A stretch of 64,000 nucleotides of DNA from the NCBI GenBank assembly GCA_029907255.1, contig JARYMF010000003.1, positions 64,061 through 128,060 on the forward strand, written 5' to 3'. The stretch comes from Armatimonadota bacterium (GTDB lineage: Bacteria > Armatimonadota > UBA5829 > DTJY01). Each line of letters starts with the position of its first letter. Position 1 is the first letter of the stretch. A program made the position numbers and the translations under genes. The notes beneath the pieces are model-generated. The model was not told the DNA's origin. It made no database searches and saw only the letters and a program-made list of their open reading frames with translations. This document shows, piece after piece, positions 1 through 10,535 of the stretch.

Positions 1-130
1 GGAGGTTGATTTTTATGGAAGGCTTGGCGGAATAGTGCCAAGCCCAAATGAAATCCTTGAAGAGGTGGAAAAACTCTTAAAGCCATCACTATACCAGGTC
101 ATGGCTTCGGCAAAGACCTCTACCAATTAA
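1..130 (+). CDS. 3' end of 2-oxoacid:ferredoxin oxidoreductase alpha subunit (VorB/KorA-like), partial
   Basis: Frame 2 reads EVDFYGRLGGIVPSPNEILEEVEK...TN*, a typical alpha-subunit C-terminus. It lies directly upstream of a beta subunit and is not in the ORF track. Confidence 0.8.
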   Translation, partial: EVDFYGRLGGIVPSPNEILEEVEKLLKPSLYQVMASAKTSTN

Positions 131-182
131 TATGGAATTGCCACCATGGTGATGAGTTATTTGCATTAGAAAGAGGAAGAAG

Positions 183-920
183 ATGAAGGTTGTATTTTCG
201 AGGCCAAGAGCATTAAGTGATGTAACGATGGCGTACTGTCAGGGGTGTACCCATGGGATTGCACACCGCTTAGTTGCTGAGGTTATTGATGAGCTTGGAA
301 TACTTGAGCGCACAATTGGCATTTGTCCAGTAGGATGCTCTGTGTTCCTTTATCAATATATGGAATGCGACATGATTGAGGCGTCACATGGGCGAGCACC
401 GGCAGTTGCTACGGGTGTAAAAAGAGTGCTTCCTGACAGGGTTGTTTTTACTTACCAAGGCGATGGTGATCTTGCAGCTATTGGAACAGCAGAGATTATT
501 CACGCTGCTGCAAGAGGCGAAAACATAACCGTAGTTTTTATTAATAACACAACATACGGTATGACTGGTGGCCAAATGGCACCAACCACAATACCAGGCC
601 AGGAGACTACCACTACTCCAGGGGGACGAGATCCCATTAAAGCTGGAAACCCAATAAAAGTATGTGAGCTTCTTGCGCCTATTGAAGGGACAGCATATAT
701 TGCGCGCGCATCGCTTACAAGTCCGGCGAATGTTATGAAAGCTAAGAAGGCGATAAAAACTGCGTTCGAGATGCAGTTGGCAGGAAAGGGGCTTTCGCTG
801 GTAGAACTTCTGTCTTCGTGTCCTACTCAATGGGGAATGCCACCTCTTGAAGCTCTTAAACATGTAGACGAAGTAATAACTCCATACTATCCGCTTGGTG
901 AGTTCAAGAGAGTAAACTAG
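183..920 (+). CDS. 2-oxoacid:ferredoxin oxidoreductase beta subunit (TPP-binding)
   Basis: [21 protein letters not shown] and the TPP motif GDGD...NN..YGMTGGQ; C-terminal CPTQW. Confidence 0.93.
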   Translation: MKVVFSRPRALSDVTMAYCQGCTHGIAHRLVAEVIDELGILERTIGICPVGCSVFLYQYMECDMIEASHGRAPAVATGVKRVLPDRVVFTYQGDGDLAAIGTAEIIHAAARGENITVVFINNTTYGMTGGQMAPTTIPGQETTTTPGGRDPIKAGNPIKVCELLAPIEGTAYIARASLTSPANVMKAKKAIKTAFEMQLAGKGLSLVELLSSCPTQWGMPPLEALKHVDEVITPYYPLGEFKRVN

Positions 921-952
921 AAGACGAAAAATGATGGAGGCAGTAGGGAAAC

Positions 953-2224
953 ATGGATTCAGCCCGATTTGACCGCATAAGGTCAGCAATTAACGAAATA
1001 CCGGTTATTGATATCCATACACATTTAGGAACCCGTGGGATGTGGCAGGCGAGGGATTTAACAGACATAATGTTCTATCATTGGCTTGGAACCGAGTTCC
1101 GTAACGCTGGTTGCCCTGAGGAGGCATGCTACCCAAGCCAAACAGCGCCTGCACTTACGCCAAAGGAAAGGGTAAAAACAGCAATTCCTTTCTGCCGAGC
1201 GATTCGAAATACTTCAAATTTTTGGGCGTTCGCTGGAATCATGAGCGACCTTTACGGAATTGACTATTTGGATGAGAGCAACTGGGAATATGCTTTTGAT
1301 GCAGTCGCAGAACGCGCTAATGACCCAACATGGGAGCTTGAGGTACTTAGAAGGGCAAAGATAAAAAAAGCCGCAATACATGCTGGCCAAGAACCTAGGG
1401 ACCCATCGCCATATTTTAACTATTTGCTTGGTGAGGGGCTTTATGGAATTGGCTTGGTAACTACACCCGAAGCGCTGACAAAAACGCTCGGAGAACTTCC
1501 TCAGTCTGCACTTGATTTGGATGTTGCAATTACCAAGCATATTGAGAAAACAGCACAAGAGAGCAAAAGCACAGCGATTCATCTTTGGCTTCCTGCTACG
1601 TGGCGATATACGCCGACTGAGCTGGACGAAGCAAATGAACTATTTAAACGGTGGAAAGCTCGAGAATCGCTGTCGCAAGAAGAACGAAACCGACTATCTT
1701 CGTTTTCTGCAGATGTCGTAGCTAGGGAAGCAGGACGTCTCGGATTGGTTGTTCAAGTATTCCATGGCTCAATTGCATACTCAGGTGGACTGCAGGTTAC
1801 AACATGGCACCCAGGTTTCCTTCGCAACCTAATACTTCATATCGCAAAAAACGCAGCCACCAAGTTTGATTTATTTCTTGCAACTAGGGCGGCAAGCCAT
1901 GAGGCTGCAGGTTTAGCGCGACTGTATCCGAATTTAATCGTTTCAGGCGCTTGGTGGCATGGATTCACCCCCACTACGCTCACGGAATTCTTCCGCGATA
2001 GGCTGGAAATGCTTCCCATGACCCGGTGGCATGCTTTTTATTCTGACGGCTATTGTGTTGAGTGGTGCTATGGAAAACTGCTTCTCACCAAGAACCGGCT
2101 TGCAGTAGCACTAACTCAGCTTGCGGACGAACACTTGATAGGGGAAGAAGACGTGGAGGAAATTGCACAGGCATTACTTTATGATAATCCAATGAGAATA
2201 TATCTAGCCAACCACTGTGCGTAG
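953..2224 (+). CDS. Amidohydrolase-fold protein, glucuronate isomerase (UxaC)-like
   Basis: N-terminal IDIHTHL metal motif, GAWWH, and SD + YDNP near the C-terminus as in uronate isomerases. Confidence 0.7.
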   Translation: MDSARFDRIRSAINEIPVIDIHTHLGTRGMWQARDLTDIMFYHWLGTEFRNAGCPEEACYPSQTAPALTPKERVKTAIPFCRAIRNTSNFWAFAGIMSDLYGIDYLDESNWEYAFDAVAERANDPTWELEVLRRAKIKKAAIHAGQEPRDPSPYFNYLLGEGLYGIGLVTTPEALTKTLGELPQSALDLDVAITKHIEKTAQESKSTAIHLWLPATWRYTPTELDEANELFKRWKARESLSQEERNRLSSFSADVVAREAGRLGLVVQVFHGSIAYSGGLQVTTWHPGFLRNLILHIAKNAATKFDLFLATRAASHEAAGLARLYPNLIVSGAWWHGFTPTTLTEFFRDRLEMLPMTRWHAFYSDGYCVEWCYGKLLLTKNRLAVALTQLADEHLIGEEDVEEIAQALLYDNPMRIYLANHCA

Positions 2225-2367
2225 ACGTTTACCCCAAGGTCCAGCAATTTCAAATATCTTTAGAAATCTCCCTGTGCGGCATATATTCTAGCAATTAACG
2301 CTAAGGAGCTTTCTATCTAAAGTGGAGTTTTGATTATTAAAAAAGAAAGTAAGGAGGAGGACGACCG

Positions 2368-3504
2368 TTGATTGAGTTAGCGCTGGGAAGCGAGTCTCAC
2401 ATTGGAAACATTTACCCATTTGTTGAAAAGCAAGCTTTAAAGTCAGAATTTTCTTATTCATACCTTAGTGGCGGATTTTCGAATCCCGATGCGTGGAAAA
2501 AAGCGGCACGTGAGAAGGTTTTCGAACTTCTTCATTACAGACCTGAGAAATGTGCGCCGAATGCCGAGATTACCGAGAGAACAGATATGGGTGATTATAT
2601 ACGCGAAAAGATATACTTCAACACAACGCCCGACATTAGAGTGCCTGCGTACGTTCTGATACCAAAAAGTAGTCTCCCGGCGCCAGCTATTGTTGCGTTA
2701 CATGACCACGGTTGCATGTACCGTTGGGGGAAGGAAAAAATTATAGATGTTGGTCCTGTGCATCCAGCTTTGGAGGAATTCCGCCAGCAAGCATACTCGG
2801 GAAAATGTTATGCCACGGAGCTTGCCCGTAGAGGGTATGTAGTAATTTGTATAGATGCCTTCTACTTCGGAGAACGAAGAATTTTGCCTGCGGAACCAAT
2901 TGACTCTGCAACCGAGACCACTGAACAAGTTCAAGCACAAAACGAGCTTTCGCGGAAAGAAGATACTGTGGCGAAGACAATTTTCATGGCGGGACTCACT
3001 TGGCTAGGAATTATGATTTGGGATGATATTCGCACTGTTGATTATCTAATTAGTAGACCAGAGGTTGATCCCATGCGGATTGGGTGCATCGGATTATCTC
3101 TTGGTGGGTTTAGAAGCGCTTATCTCTCAGGCCTCGACTCAAGGATAAAATGTGCGGTTGTTGTCGGTTGGATGAGCGCTTATGGAAAGATGTTGAAAAG
3201 ACATATGGTTTGCCACACATGGATGTTGTTTATTCCGGGACTATATCAATACCTCGACTTGCCAGACATAGTTTCAATGCTTGCGCCAAATCCTCTCTTA
3301 GTCATTCATGGTAGCAGGGATGAACTTTTCCCACCGGAAGGCGTCGAGGAAGCTTTTGAGAAAATCTCAGCTATCTATGAAAAGCTTGGTGCACGAGACA
3401 GATTCCGTGCAAGCGTTTACGATACACCGCATGAGTTTAACGCAGATATGCAAGAAGAGGCATTTGCATGGTTTGATTCTGTTATGCGTCCAGCAGGAGT
3501 TTAG
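2368..3504 (+). CDS. Alpha/beta hydrolase (dienelactone hydrolase / acetylxylan esterase-like)
   Basis: GLSLGG nucleophile elbow, DYL..RPEVD..RIG, HG..DELFP, terminal HEF; TTG start after an AGGAGG RBS. Confidence 0.85.
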   Translation: MIELALGSESHIGNIYPFVEKQALKSEFSYSYLSGGFSNPDAWKKAAREKVFELLHYRPEKCAPNAEITERTDMGDYIREKIYFNTTPDIRVPAYVLIPKSSLPAPAIVALHDHGCMYRWGKEKIIDVGPVHPALEEFRQQAYSGKCYATELARRGYVVICIDAFYFGERRILPAEPIDSATETTEQVQAQNELSRKEDTVAKTIFMAGLTWLGIMIWDDIRTVDYLISRPEVDPMRIGCIGLSLGGFRSAYLSGLDSRIKCAVVVGWMSAYGKMLKRHMVCHTWMLFIPGLYQYLDLPDIVSMLAPNPLLVIHGSRDELFPPEGVEEAFEKISAIYEKLGARDRFRASVYDTPHEFNADMQEEAFAWFDSVMRPAGV

Positions 3505-3572
3505 GCAACCCAAAGAGAAACTTGCATTTACTAGATTGCTTAATTTCGATTTGATTACGGAGAGGGTATAAG

Positions 3573-4409
3573 ATGGATTTAACACTACCGGTAATTCATG
3601 TAGTTGCAGAAAACTTGCCCGAAGCGTGGGAACGAGCAGTTGTAGAAACCTGGAAGCATGGTGCAACAATACAGACACAATACGATAAGCCAACTGACCC
3701 GCCGAGTAAGGATGCGCTATCTGTTATTGTGGTTACTAACCCCATGTCCGAGCCGCGAATTCATCGGGCATTTCCAGGGGGTATCGTTGAACTTGAAGCA
3801 TACCGCCAAGAAGTTGTGGATGGAATCCACGATCATTGGGTAAACCCTGCCGAAGGGAAATGGGAGTATACATATCATGAACGCTTAACAGCATATTCAG
3901 TTCCTGGCATAAAGGAACCTGTTAATCAACTTGATTACGTGGTATCAGCACTTGCAGAAGCTCCGTACACTCGCCGTGCACAGGCGATTACCTGGAAGCC
4001 ATGGGAGGATGCAGGTATTCAAGACCCTGCATGCCTTCAGCGGATGTGGTTCCGAGTATTTGGCGACGAATTAGTTCTAAACGTTCACATGCGTTCGAAT
4101 GACGCCTTCAAAGCCTCGTTTATGAACATGTATGCTTTTACTGATCTTCAGCGAGTTGTTGCTGAAAGACTTTCCGACCGTATTGGGCGCAGGATTAAAG
4201 TAGGGCAATATACACATATTGCTGATTCTTTCCATATTTACGGTTCATATTTTGAAGAATTTGAGGGTTTCCTTAAGACTCTGCAAACGCGCACATTCGA
4301 ACAAAGAGTTTTTCGCACTGAGGATGTCCAAGATATCATTGATGAAGCAAGAGAGCAGATTGCGCGTTCTCTTGAAACTGAGATTATTTCGGGGAGAAAA
4401 GGACTTTGA
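3573..4409 (+). CDS. thyA: Thymidylate synthase (archaeal-type ThyA)
   Basis: YTYHERL, RRA...W.P..D, PACL catalytic Cys, RSND...FMN, SFHIY. Confidence 0.85.
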   Translation: MDLTLPVIHVVAENLPEAWERAVVETWKHGATIQTQYDKPTDPPSKDALSVIVVTNPMSEPRIHRAFPGGIVELEAYRQEVVDGIHDHWVNPAEGKWEYTYHERLTAYSVPGIKEPVNQLDYVVSALAEAPYTRRAQAITWKPWEDAGIQDPACLQRMWFRVFGDELVLNVHMRSNDAFKASFMNMYAFTDLQRVVAERLSDRIGRRIKVGQYTHIADSFHIYGSYFEEFEGFLKTLQTRTFEQRVFRTEDVQDIIDEAREQIARSLETEIISGRKGL

Positions 4410-4464
4410 GAATTAAGCGCATGAGCAGAGGGCATACATTACTCTAAGATTGTGGAGGTTTCCA

Positions 4465-4680
4465 ATGTTATTTCCCAAGGACAAAATGAGCTATACTTCA
4501 GTTTACGAAGGTAAGAAATCCGATGAAGGTTGGCTTGTCCTGAATATAGCCGGCATGGATTTGGAGGGAGTTAGCAAAATCTACGTTGACCTTTCAGATG
4601 TCGAGGAAATCAAGACAAAAAAGTTAAAGGCTCAAGAAGCTTTAGAAGAGGCTAGGCGCCTGCTGAGTGGAGATCTTTAA
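4465..4680 (+). CDS. Small hypothetical protein
   Basis: GGAGG RBS before ATG 4465; fills the gap on the coding strand; no recognisable motif. Confidence 0.65.
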   Translation: MLFPKDKMSYTSVYEGKKSDEGWLVLNIAGMDLEGVSKIYVDLSDVEEIKTKKLKAQEALEEARRLLSGDL

Positions 4681-4805
4681 TTAGCGAAGAATCTAGGATA
4701 ACTAGTTTTACCAAGCTAAAAACCTCCAAAACAAGACAAAAGAAGAGAAGCTGATGGTGATAAATGTTATCCCATTTTTCTTATTAAACTGACAATGGCA
4801 CAACT

Positions 4806-5780
4806 ATGGAAATTACTCTTCCCCAATTTGCACTAATGCTACATTCGGTTCCACACCTAGGACCAAAGGGAATCCAACGGATTTTATGCGATATTTCAGC
4901 ACCTATTGGAACCAAAACCATTAATCTTAGTGAGCTTCAGTTTTGGAAACTCTCAGCAGATTGCCTAATAAGAAATTATAAGGTTCACCCAGAAGCAGCA
5001 CATTACATTGAATTTTGCAAGGAGCAATTACTCAATTCATCAAGGGATTTATTAAAGGCGGTTCAGAAACTTGGTATCCATGTAGTAACGGTTGTCGATT
5101 CTGATTATCCCCCTTGTATTCGGGAATACGAAGCCCATCCGCCGCCAATACTTTATATTTATGGAAATATGTCCCTCCTTAGAGAAAGAAAATTCGCAGT
5201 AATTAGCTCAAATGATATAAGTGGCCGAAGCATAGAAATAACCCGCGAAATTTCTAGCTTATTATCTGAAGAGGGTCTTACTGCGGTAACTAGTCATAAC
5301 ACGCATTCATATCAGATTGTAGGCATAGCTGCTAAAAGCCGCAATGCTCCATTAGTGCTAGTTCTTGATAGGGGTATTCTTAGTGCATTTCCACAGGGTC
5401 TTGGATGGGAACCTGTTGCACAGGCGCGTATTTGGGATTTGCGGTTTGACCCTCAGCGGGACGTAGTGATCTCGAAGTTTCGAGTTTATGATCCATGGAT
5501 TGGAGCAAATGGGCGTGAACGCGACCGCATGGTTTTTAGCATGGCTGATATTGTAGTAGCTGTTGAGGTGCGAGCCGGAGGGGTGATGGAGGCGGAATGC
5601 CTTCGAGCGTTTAAACATGGTAGAGAGGTTTATGTTTACAAACCTGACGACGGAGAACCTCCTGCTGGCAATCAAACCTTGTTGAACAAAGGCTGTGAAC
5701 CGTTGAATCCTACGCAGGCTCGCTCACTGATGCGAACTCTTGATTTACCAAATGATGACGATTTGGAATTAAGCCAATAA
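4806..5780 (+). CDS. Divergent DprA/Smf-like (DNA-processing, Rossmann-fold) protein
   Basis: VPHLGPK helix-hairpin start, DSDYP...PPPILYIYGN, VAVE...GG, GREVY and GNQ.LL..G match the DprA scaffold, but the central motifs are degenerate. Confidence 0.75.
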   Translation: MEITLPQFALMLHSVPHLGPKGIQRILCDISAPIGTKTINLSELQFWKLSADCLIRNYKVHPEAAHYIEFCKEQLLNSSRDLLKAVQKLGIHVVTVVDSDYPPCIREYEAHPPPILYIYGNMSLLRERKFAVISSNDISGRSIEITREISSLLSEEGLTAVTSHNTHSYQIVGIAAKSRNAPLVLVLDRGILSAFPQGLGWEPVAQARIWDLRFDPQRDVVISKFRVYDPWIGANGRERDRMVFSMADIVVAVEVRAGGVMEAECLRAFKHGREVYVYKPDDGEPPAGNQTLLNKGCEPLNPTQARSLMRTLDLPNDDDLELSQ

Positions 5781-5803
5781 TTCTCATCCAGGAGGTGAAG
5801 AAA

Positions 5804-6613
5804 ATGAAAATGCCAATGACGTCCATTGGTGGCATTAAAGTATCAAGAATCATATGTGGTTCAAATACTTTCTTTGGCTATTCTCACTTCAGTGCAGCAA
5901 GGGATATGTGGCTTAAGAAATACTTTGACGTACCTAGAATAGTAGAAGTCATGGCAAAATGCGCTGAATTTGGTGTGAATTGTGTGCTTAGTGGTCCTGT
6001 TCCCGCAATGTATGAAGCTATCCAAGAGGTTGAAAGACAGACCGGCAACCATTATGTTTGGATTTGCACGCCTGGAATGGGAAACGAGGATATCGGTGAA
6101 GGTTTGAAGTGGTGTGCCGACCACGGAGTGGAAATGTGTTTTCCGCACACTTCTTGGACGGACATTCGACTAAACGTAGCAAAAAACGAAATTGAAGGAG
6201 TCGAGCCGGTCTTTGAGCAAATACGAAATCTTGGCATGATTCCTGGCTTCAGTACACATAGACCAGAAGTCATAATCGTTAGCGATAGCCGCGGCTATGA
6301 TGCCCAAGCATATATTCAACCATTTAACGTTGCTGGATTCTTGTGTTCTGTTGAGACGGATTGGATAGCGAGGATCATACGCAATACACCTAAGCCTGTT
6401 GTTTGCATCAAACCGCTTGCTGCGGGGCGAGTCATGCCTGAGCCGGGTCTAGGGTATGTGCTTCGCAACAACAAACCAATTGACCCGGTATGTATTGGTT
6501 TCCTTAGCCCTGAGGAAGCAGAAGAAGACATCCGCATTGCTCTAGCAATAATGGAGCACGAACAGGCAAACGTTGAACTTACAAAGTCCCGAAGTAAAGC
6601 ACATCTTGCTTGA
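5804..6613 (+). CDS. Conserved hypothetical protein, aldo/keto-reductase-like TIM barrel
   Basis: IGGIKVSRIICG start, G.STH, IKPLAAGR resemble the AKR fold; GGAGG RBS favours ATG 5804. Confidence 0.6.
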   Translation: MKMPMTSIGGIKVSRIICGSNTFFGYSHFSAARDMWLKKYFDVPRIVEVMAKCAEFGVNCVLSGPVPAMYEAIQEVERQTGNHYVWICTPGMGNEDIGEGLKWCADHGVEMCFPHTSWTDIRLNVAKNEIEGVEPVFEQIRNLGMIPGFSTHRPEVIIVSDSRGYDAQAYIQPFNVAGFLCSVETDWIARIIRNTPKPVVCIKPLAAGRVMPEPGLGYVLRNNKPIDPVCIGFLSPEEAEEDIRIALAIMEHEQANVELTKSRSKAHLA

Positions 6614-6638
6614 CACAGGTTGCTTAGTATGATACCTT
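6610..6638 (+). promoter_or_regulatory. Putative sigma70 promoter for smc
   Basis: TTGACA(6610)-17 nt-TACCTT with an extended TG. Confidence 0.4.
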
Positions 6639-6666
6639 TTGGTCAGCATTACCCTCAGGAAGAAGC

Positions 6667-9600
6667 ATGTTACTTAAGAAGCTCGAGATTCAAGGATTTA
6701 AAAGTTTTGCTGACCGGACCGAAATCCTCTTTACACCGGGCGTCATTGCGGTTGTTGGTCCAAATGGTAGTGGAAAAAGCAACATCTCCGACGCTATCCT
6801 CTGGGTACTTGGCGAGCAGAACGTTCGTGCCTTACGCGGACAAAAATACGAGGATGTAATATTTGCAGGCACGGATAAGCGCCGACCAGTTGGGATGGCT
6901 GAAGTTTCCCTCACGGTTGACAATTCGAGCGGGAAATTGCCAATCGAATTTTCTGAGGTAACGGTTACTCGCCGTGCTTATCGCTCAGGTGAAAGCGAGT
7001 TTTTCATAAACAAGACCCCATGCAGGCTCAAAGACATATATGAACTATTTCTTGATACCGGTGTTGGGCGAGGGGCATACTCCATTGTAAGCCAGGGTGA
7101 GATAGACGCTATTCTTTCGGCTCGACCCGAAGATAGGCGCGAGTTGTTCGATGAAGCAGCCGGCATTAAGAAATACCGCCACAGGAAAAAAGAAGCTGAG
7201 CGAAAGCTAGAAACCACTGAGCAGAATCTCCAGCGAGTGAATGATATTATTAGGGAAATCGAAGCCCAAATTGAGCCGATGGTTGAACAAGCCGAAGTGG
7301 CAAAAAGATATTTGGAGCTCGTATCCAGGCTCCGGGAAATAGAAATAGGCATTCTTGTGAACGACCTTCAGCGCTATAACGCTGAAATTCAGGCAGTGCG
7401 TTTAAATAAGCAGGTCTTTACTCATGAAATTTCCGATGCGGATGCCTTACTTGCAGCTTTAGAGGAGGAGAAGTCTGCACTCGCTGTTGATTTAGCCAAC
7501 GCTGACGCTCAGGTAGAACGATATCAAGCTCAGTATCAGGAAGCACTGACTCATCTTGAGCGGACAGAGAGCCAACTGGCTTTAGTAAACCAGAGGCATT
7601 CTTCGTCGGAAAATGCCAAAAATCTGCTTTCAGAGGAAATTGCCCAGCTTGAAAGGCGTATTGCCCAGCTTGATTCCCAACGAGAAAATCTATTAGCAGA
7701 ACGCGAAAGCTTGGAAAAAGAGGAGGCTAAATTAAACCGGCGGCTGGAAGATAAAATTGCTGAACTTCATGCGCTTCAAGAAAAAATGGAGGCAGCTGAA
7801 CAGGCGGCAAATGAGAAGAAAAGTGATTACATTGAACTGGCAAAAAAGTTAGCGGCTCAAAAGACAGAATTAGCAAATACGACTGCCAGAATTGAAAGTC
7901 TTCAAGAATCGCTAGAACGCTTAACAGTTGAGCTAAAAGACGCTGAACAAGCTATGGGTAAAGTGTGCACAGAAAAGGAGAACACGGAGAGTGAGCTTCT
8001 AAAAATTAAGGCTGACCTTGAAAAAGTTGCCTCGGAAATGTCTGCTCTCAGCATAGAAATTAAGGAAAAGCAGGCAGCTGTTGGTAAGTTAGATGATGAA
8101 CTTTCGCAACTTAAGAGCACACTAGTAGACAAGCAGTCGCGTTTGAAAACACTGTGCGAAATGGAGGAGGCTAGAGAAGGGTATTTCCTCGGGGTTCGCT
8201 CTGTAATGAAGGCAGTAAAATCAGGATTAATAGACGGTGGCTTTGCAGTAGTAGCAGACGTGATAAAAGTACCAAACGGGTACGAGACAGCCTTTGAAGT
8301 CGCTCTTGGGTCGAGCCTTCAAGACATAATTACCGACTCTGAACGTGAGGCGAAAGAAGCAATAGAGTATTTAAAAACAAACAAAGCTGGTCGAGCCACG
8401 TTCCTGCCTCTTAACATGATGCGGTATACGGTATCTCCGCTTCTCAAAGAGCTAGTTGGCAGAGACGGGGTACTAGGTCTTGGAAATGAACTCGCAGAAT
8501 TTGACCCAAAATATGCTCCTGCGATTAATTCTTTGTTAGGCAAGGTTCTGGTTGCGCAGGATATAGATTCAGCAATAACAGTGTCGAAATCAGCAGTTGG
8601 TTGGAGTAAGATAGTTACCCTTGAAGGCGAACTTGTGCTTCCAAGTGGAGCAATTACTGGGGGCAAAGCACCAGGTAAAACTACAAATAATCTTCTGGAG
8701 CGGAAGCGCGTAATTGAAAATTTGCAAAACGAAGTACGTGAAATCGAGAGGAATATCGCGGTCAAACAATCCTCGGCCCAAGCGTTAAAGCAGGAGATAA
8801 ATGAGCTATCAAACAGACTAGCAGCTTTGGGAGAGCAGGATACTGCACTAAAGATGTCGTTTTTAGAAAAGGAGCGTCAGGTTGAGTTCCTGTCCCGTGA
8901 AGCTGCAAGGCTTGCGAAGGAGTTAGAAGTTATTGAGTCTGAAAGGGAAGATGTCCGAGAAAATTTGGACAAAGCCTGCGAAACTCAAACCTTGCTTATA
9001 TCCGCCATAGAAGAGGCAAATAAGGAAAATGCCACCCTTGATGACCAGATAAACAAAACAGAAAGCGAGACTCAGGAGTTACAAGAAAGATGTGACCTTG
9101 TAAGTGGTGAGATTAGTGCTGTTAACATTTCCTTAGCTTCGCTCGTCCAAAAAAAGGTAGCTATTGAAAGCAGTCTGACAGACTCTGAAAACACTTGGAA
9201 GGAAATTTCCACCGAGATATTTCGCAAGCGTGAGCAATTAAGAATGGCCATAGAAGAAAGGGATGAAACTGAGCGTAGGCGAGTCGAGCTAGAGGCAGAA
9301 TTAGAAAATGCTAAAAGAATTTCGATAGAGACGCAGACCCAATCTGAACAATGGCGCAGGACAAAGCAAACAATACTGGCATCAAGCATGGAAGTTACTG
9401 AACGTATAAAGGAGGTAAACCGCAATCGAGAGGACTTAACGCAAAAAGTTCATGCCGCGGAGCTCCGTGAAGCCAGATTGGAAGTTCAGATTGCGCAAAC
9501 GACAGCGCGTTTACTAGATGAATATGATATAACTGCGGAGGAAGCTCTTCGGAAAGAACGTCCCGAAGTAAAACACGGTTCTGCTGCCGAGGTGATGAGA

Positions 9601-10236
9601 CTGCGCCGCGAAATAAAAGCAATGGGGGAAGTTAACACTGGGGCAGTTCAGGAGTACTCCAGACTTAGCGAAAGGTTGGAGTTTCTAAGCTCTCAACAAA
9701 GGGACCTGATTGATGCACGGCAAAAGCTTGTGAGTGCAATAAAGGAAATAGACGAAAATACTAGAGGCGTTTTCCTTGAGACATTCGAGGCCGTTGGAAG
9801 AGCATTTAATGAAATGTTCTGTCGCCTTTTTGGCGGTGGGAAGACTCAATTGGTGCTTACTGATCCAGATAACATACTTGAGAGCGGGATAGATGTAATG
9901 GTCGAGCTTCCAGGTAAGAAGCTACAAAATCTTCTTTTGCTCTCAGGTGGCGAAAGGGCCCTTATAGCATCAGCTTTGATGTTTGCTTTGCTATCTGTAA
10001 AACCAAGTCCGTTTTGTGTTTTGGATGAGGTTGATGCTCCCTTAGATGAAGCAAACGTAGAGAAATTTGCTGACATAATAAGGGAGTTTGCTGAGAATTC
10101 CCAGATGATTGTAATAACTCATAACAGGGCAACAATGGAAGCTGCAGACGTTCTTTATGGCGTGACAATGCAGGAACCTGGTATATCAAAGGTTGTTTCG
10201 GTAAAGATGTCCGAGATTGAAGCAAAAAGTCAATAG
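6667..10236 (+). CDS. smc: Chromosome segregation protein SMC
   Basis: GFKSF, Walker A GPNGSGKSN, coiled coils, hinge GRATFLPL/GAITGG, signature LSGGE, Walker B LDEVDAPLD. Confidence 0.98.
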   Translation: MLLKKLEIQGFKSFADRTEILFTPGVIAVVGPNGSGKSNISDAILWVLGEQNVRALRGQKYEDVIFAGTDKRRPVGMAEVSLTVDNSSGKLPIEFSEVTVTRRAYRSGESEFFINKTPCRLKDIYELFLDTGVGRGAYSIVSQGEIDAILSARPEDRRELFDEAAGIKKYRHRKKEAERKLETTEQNLQRVNDIIREIEAQIEPMVEQAEVAKRYLELVSRLREIEIGILVNDLQRYNAEIQAVRLNKQVFTHEISDADALLAALEEEKSALAVDLANADAQVERYQAQYQEALTHLERTESQLALVNQRHSSSENAKNLLSEEIAQLERRIAQLDSQRENLLAERESLEKEEAKLNRRLEDKIAELHALQEKMEAAEQAANEKKSDYIELAKKLAAQKTELANTTARIESLQESLERLTVELKDAEQAMGKVCTEKENTESELLKIKADLEKVASEMSALSIEIKEKQAAVGKLDDELSQLKSTLVDKQSRLKTLCEMEEAREGYFLGVRSVMKAVKSGLIDGGFAVVADVIKVPNGYETAFEVALGSSLQDIITDSEREAKEAIEYLKTNKAGRATFLPLNMMRYTVSPLLKELVGRDGVLGLGNELAEFDPKYAPAINSLLGKVLVAQDIDSAITVSKSAVGWSKIVTLEGELVLPSGAITGGKAPGKTTNNLLERKRVIENLQNEVREIERNIAVKQSSAQALKQEINELSNRLAALGEQDTALKMSFLEKERQVEFLSREAARLAKELEVIESEREDVRENLDKACETQTLLISAIEEANKENATLDDQINKTESETQELQERCDLVSGEISAVNISLASLVQKKVAIESSLTDSENTWKEISTEIFRKREQLRMAIEERDETERRRVELEAELENAKRISIETQTQSEQWRRTKQTILASSMEVTERIKEVNRNREDLTQKVHAAELREARLEVQIAQTTARLLDEYDITAEEALRKERPEVKHGSAAEVMRLRREIKAMGEVNTGAVQEYSRLSERLEFLSSQQRDLIDARQKLVSAIKEIDENTRGVFLETFEAVGRAFNEMFCRLFGGGKTQLVLTDPDNILESGIDVMVELPGKKLQNLLLLSGGERALIASALMFALLSVKPSPFCVLDEVDAPLDEANVEKFADIIREFAENSQMIVITHNRATMEAADVLYGVTMQEPGISKVVSVKMSEIEAKSQ

Positions 10237-10363
10237 GGCTAAAGCATCAACGTGAGGCAAGAAATAAAGGCTTGAGTAGCCTAAAAAAGAAAAAGACAAT
10301 CGCCATACCAAAAAAGGATTTTGATAAAAGCAAAAAGTTTTTTAATTGATATGCGAAATAATA

Positions 10364-10392
10364 TTGACACGTGATGAATATAGCGGTATATT
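10364..10392 (+). promoter_or_regulatory. Sigma70 promoter upstream of BlaI-family regulator
   Basis: TTGACA-17 nt-TATATT. Confidence 0.6.
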
Positions 10393-10535
10393 AAGAAGAA
10401 AGCGTGATAAATCTTTGACTATTTTGCGAATTCGGTTGACGCGGACACTTTCTTGTGTTTTAATGTCTTAGTATCCATTCATTAAATACGGGAAAGCCCA
10501 GCAATAATTTTAGTAATAAATGAAGGAGGCGCACC

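Noticed and set aside
384-989. 201-aa minus-strand ORF, and the many other nested or antisense ORFs in the track
   Set aside because: They overlap well-supported genes and show no motifs; treated as shadows.
7640-7673. Direct repeat TTGCCCAGCTTGA in smc
   Set aside because: Encodes heptad coiled-coil IAQL repeats; not a DNA element.
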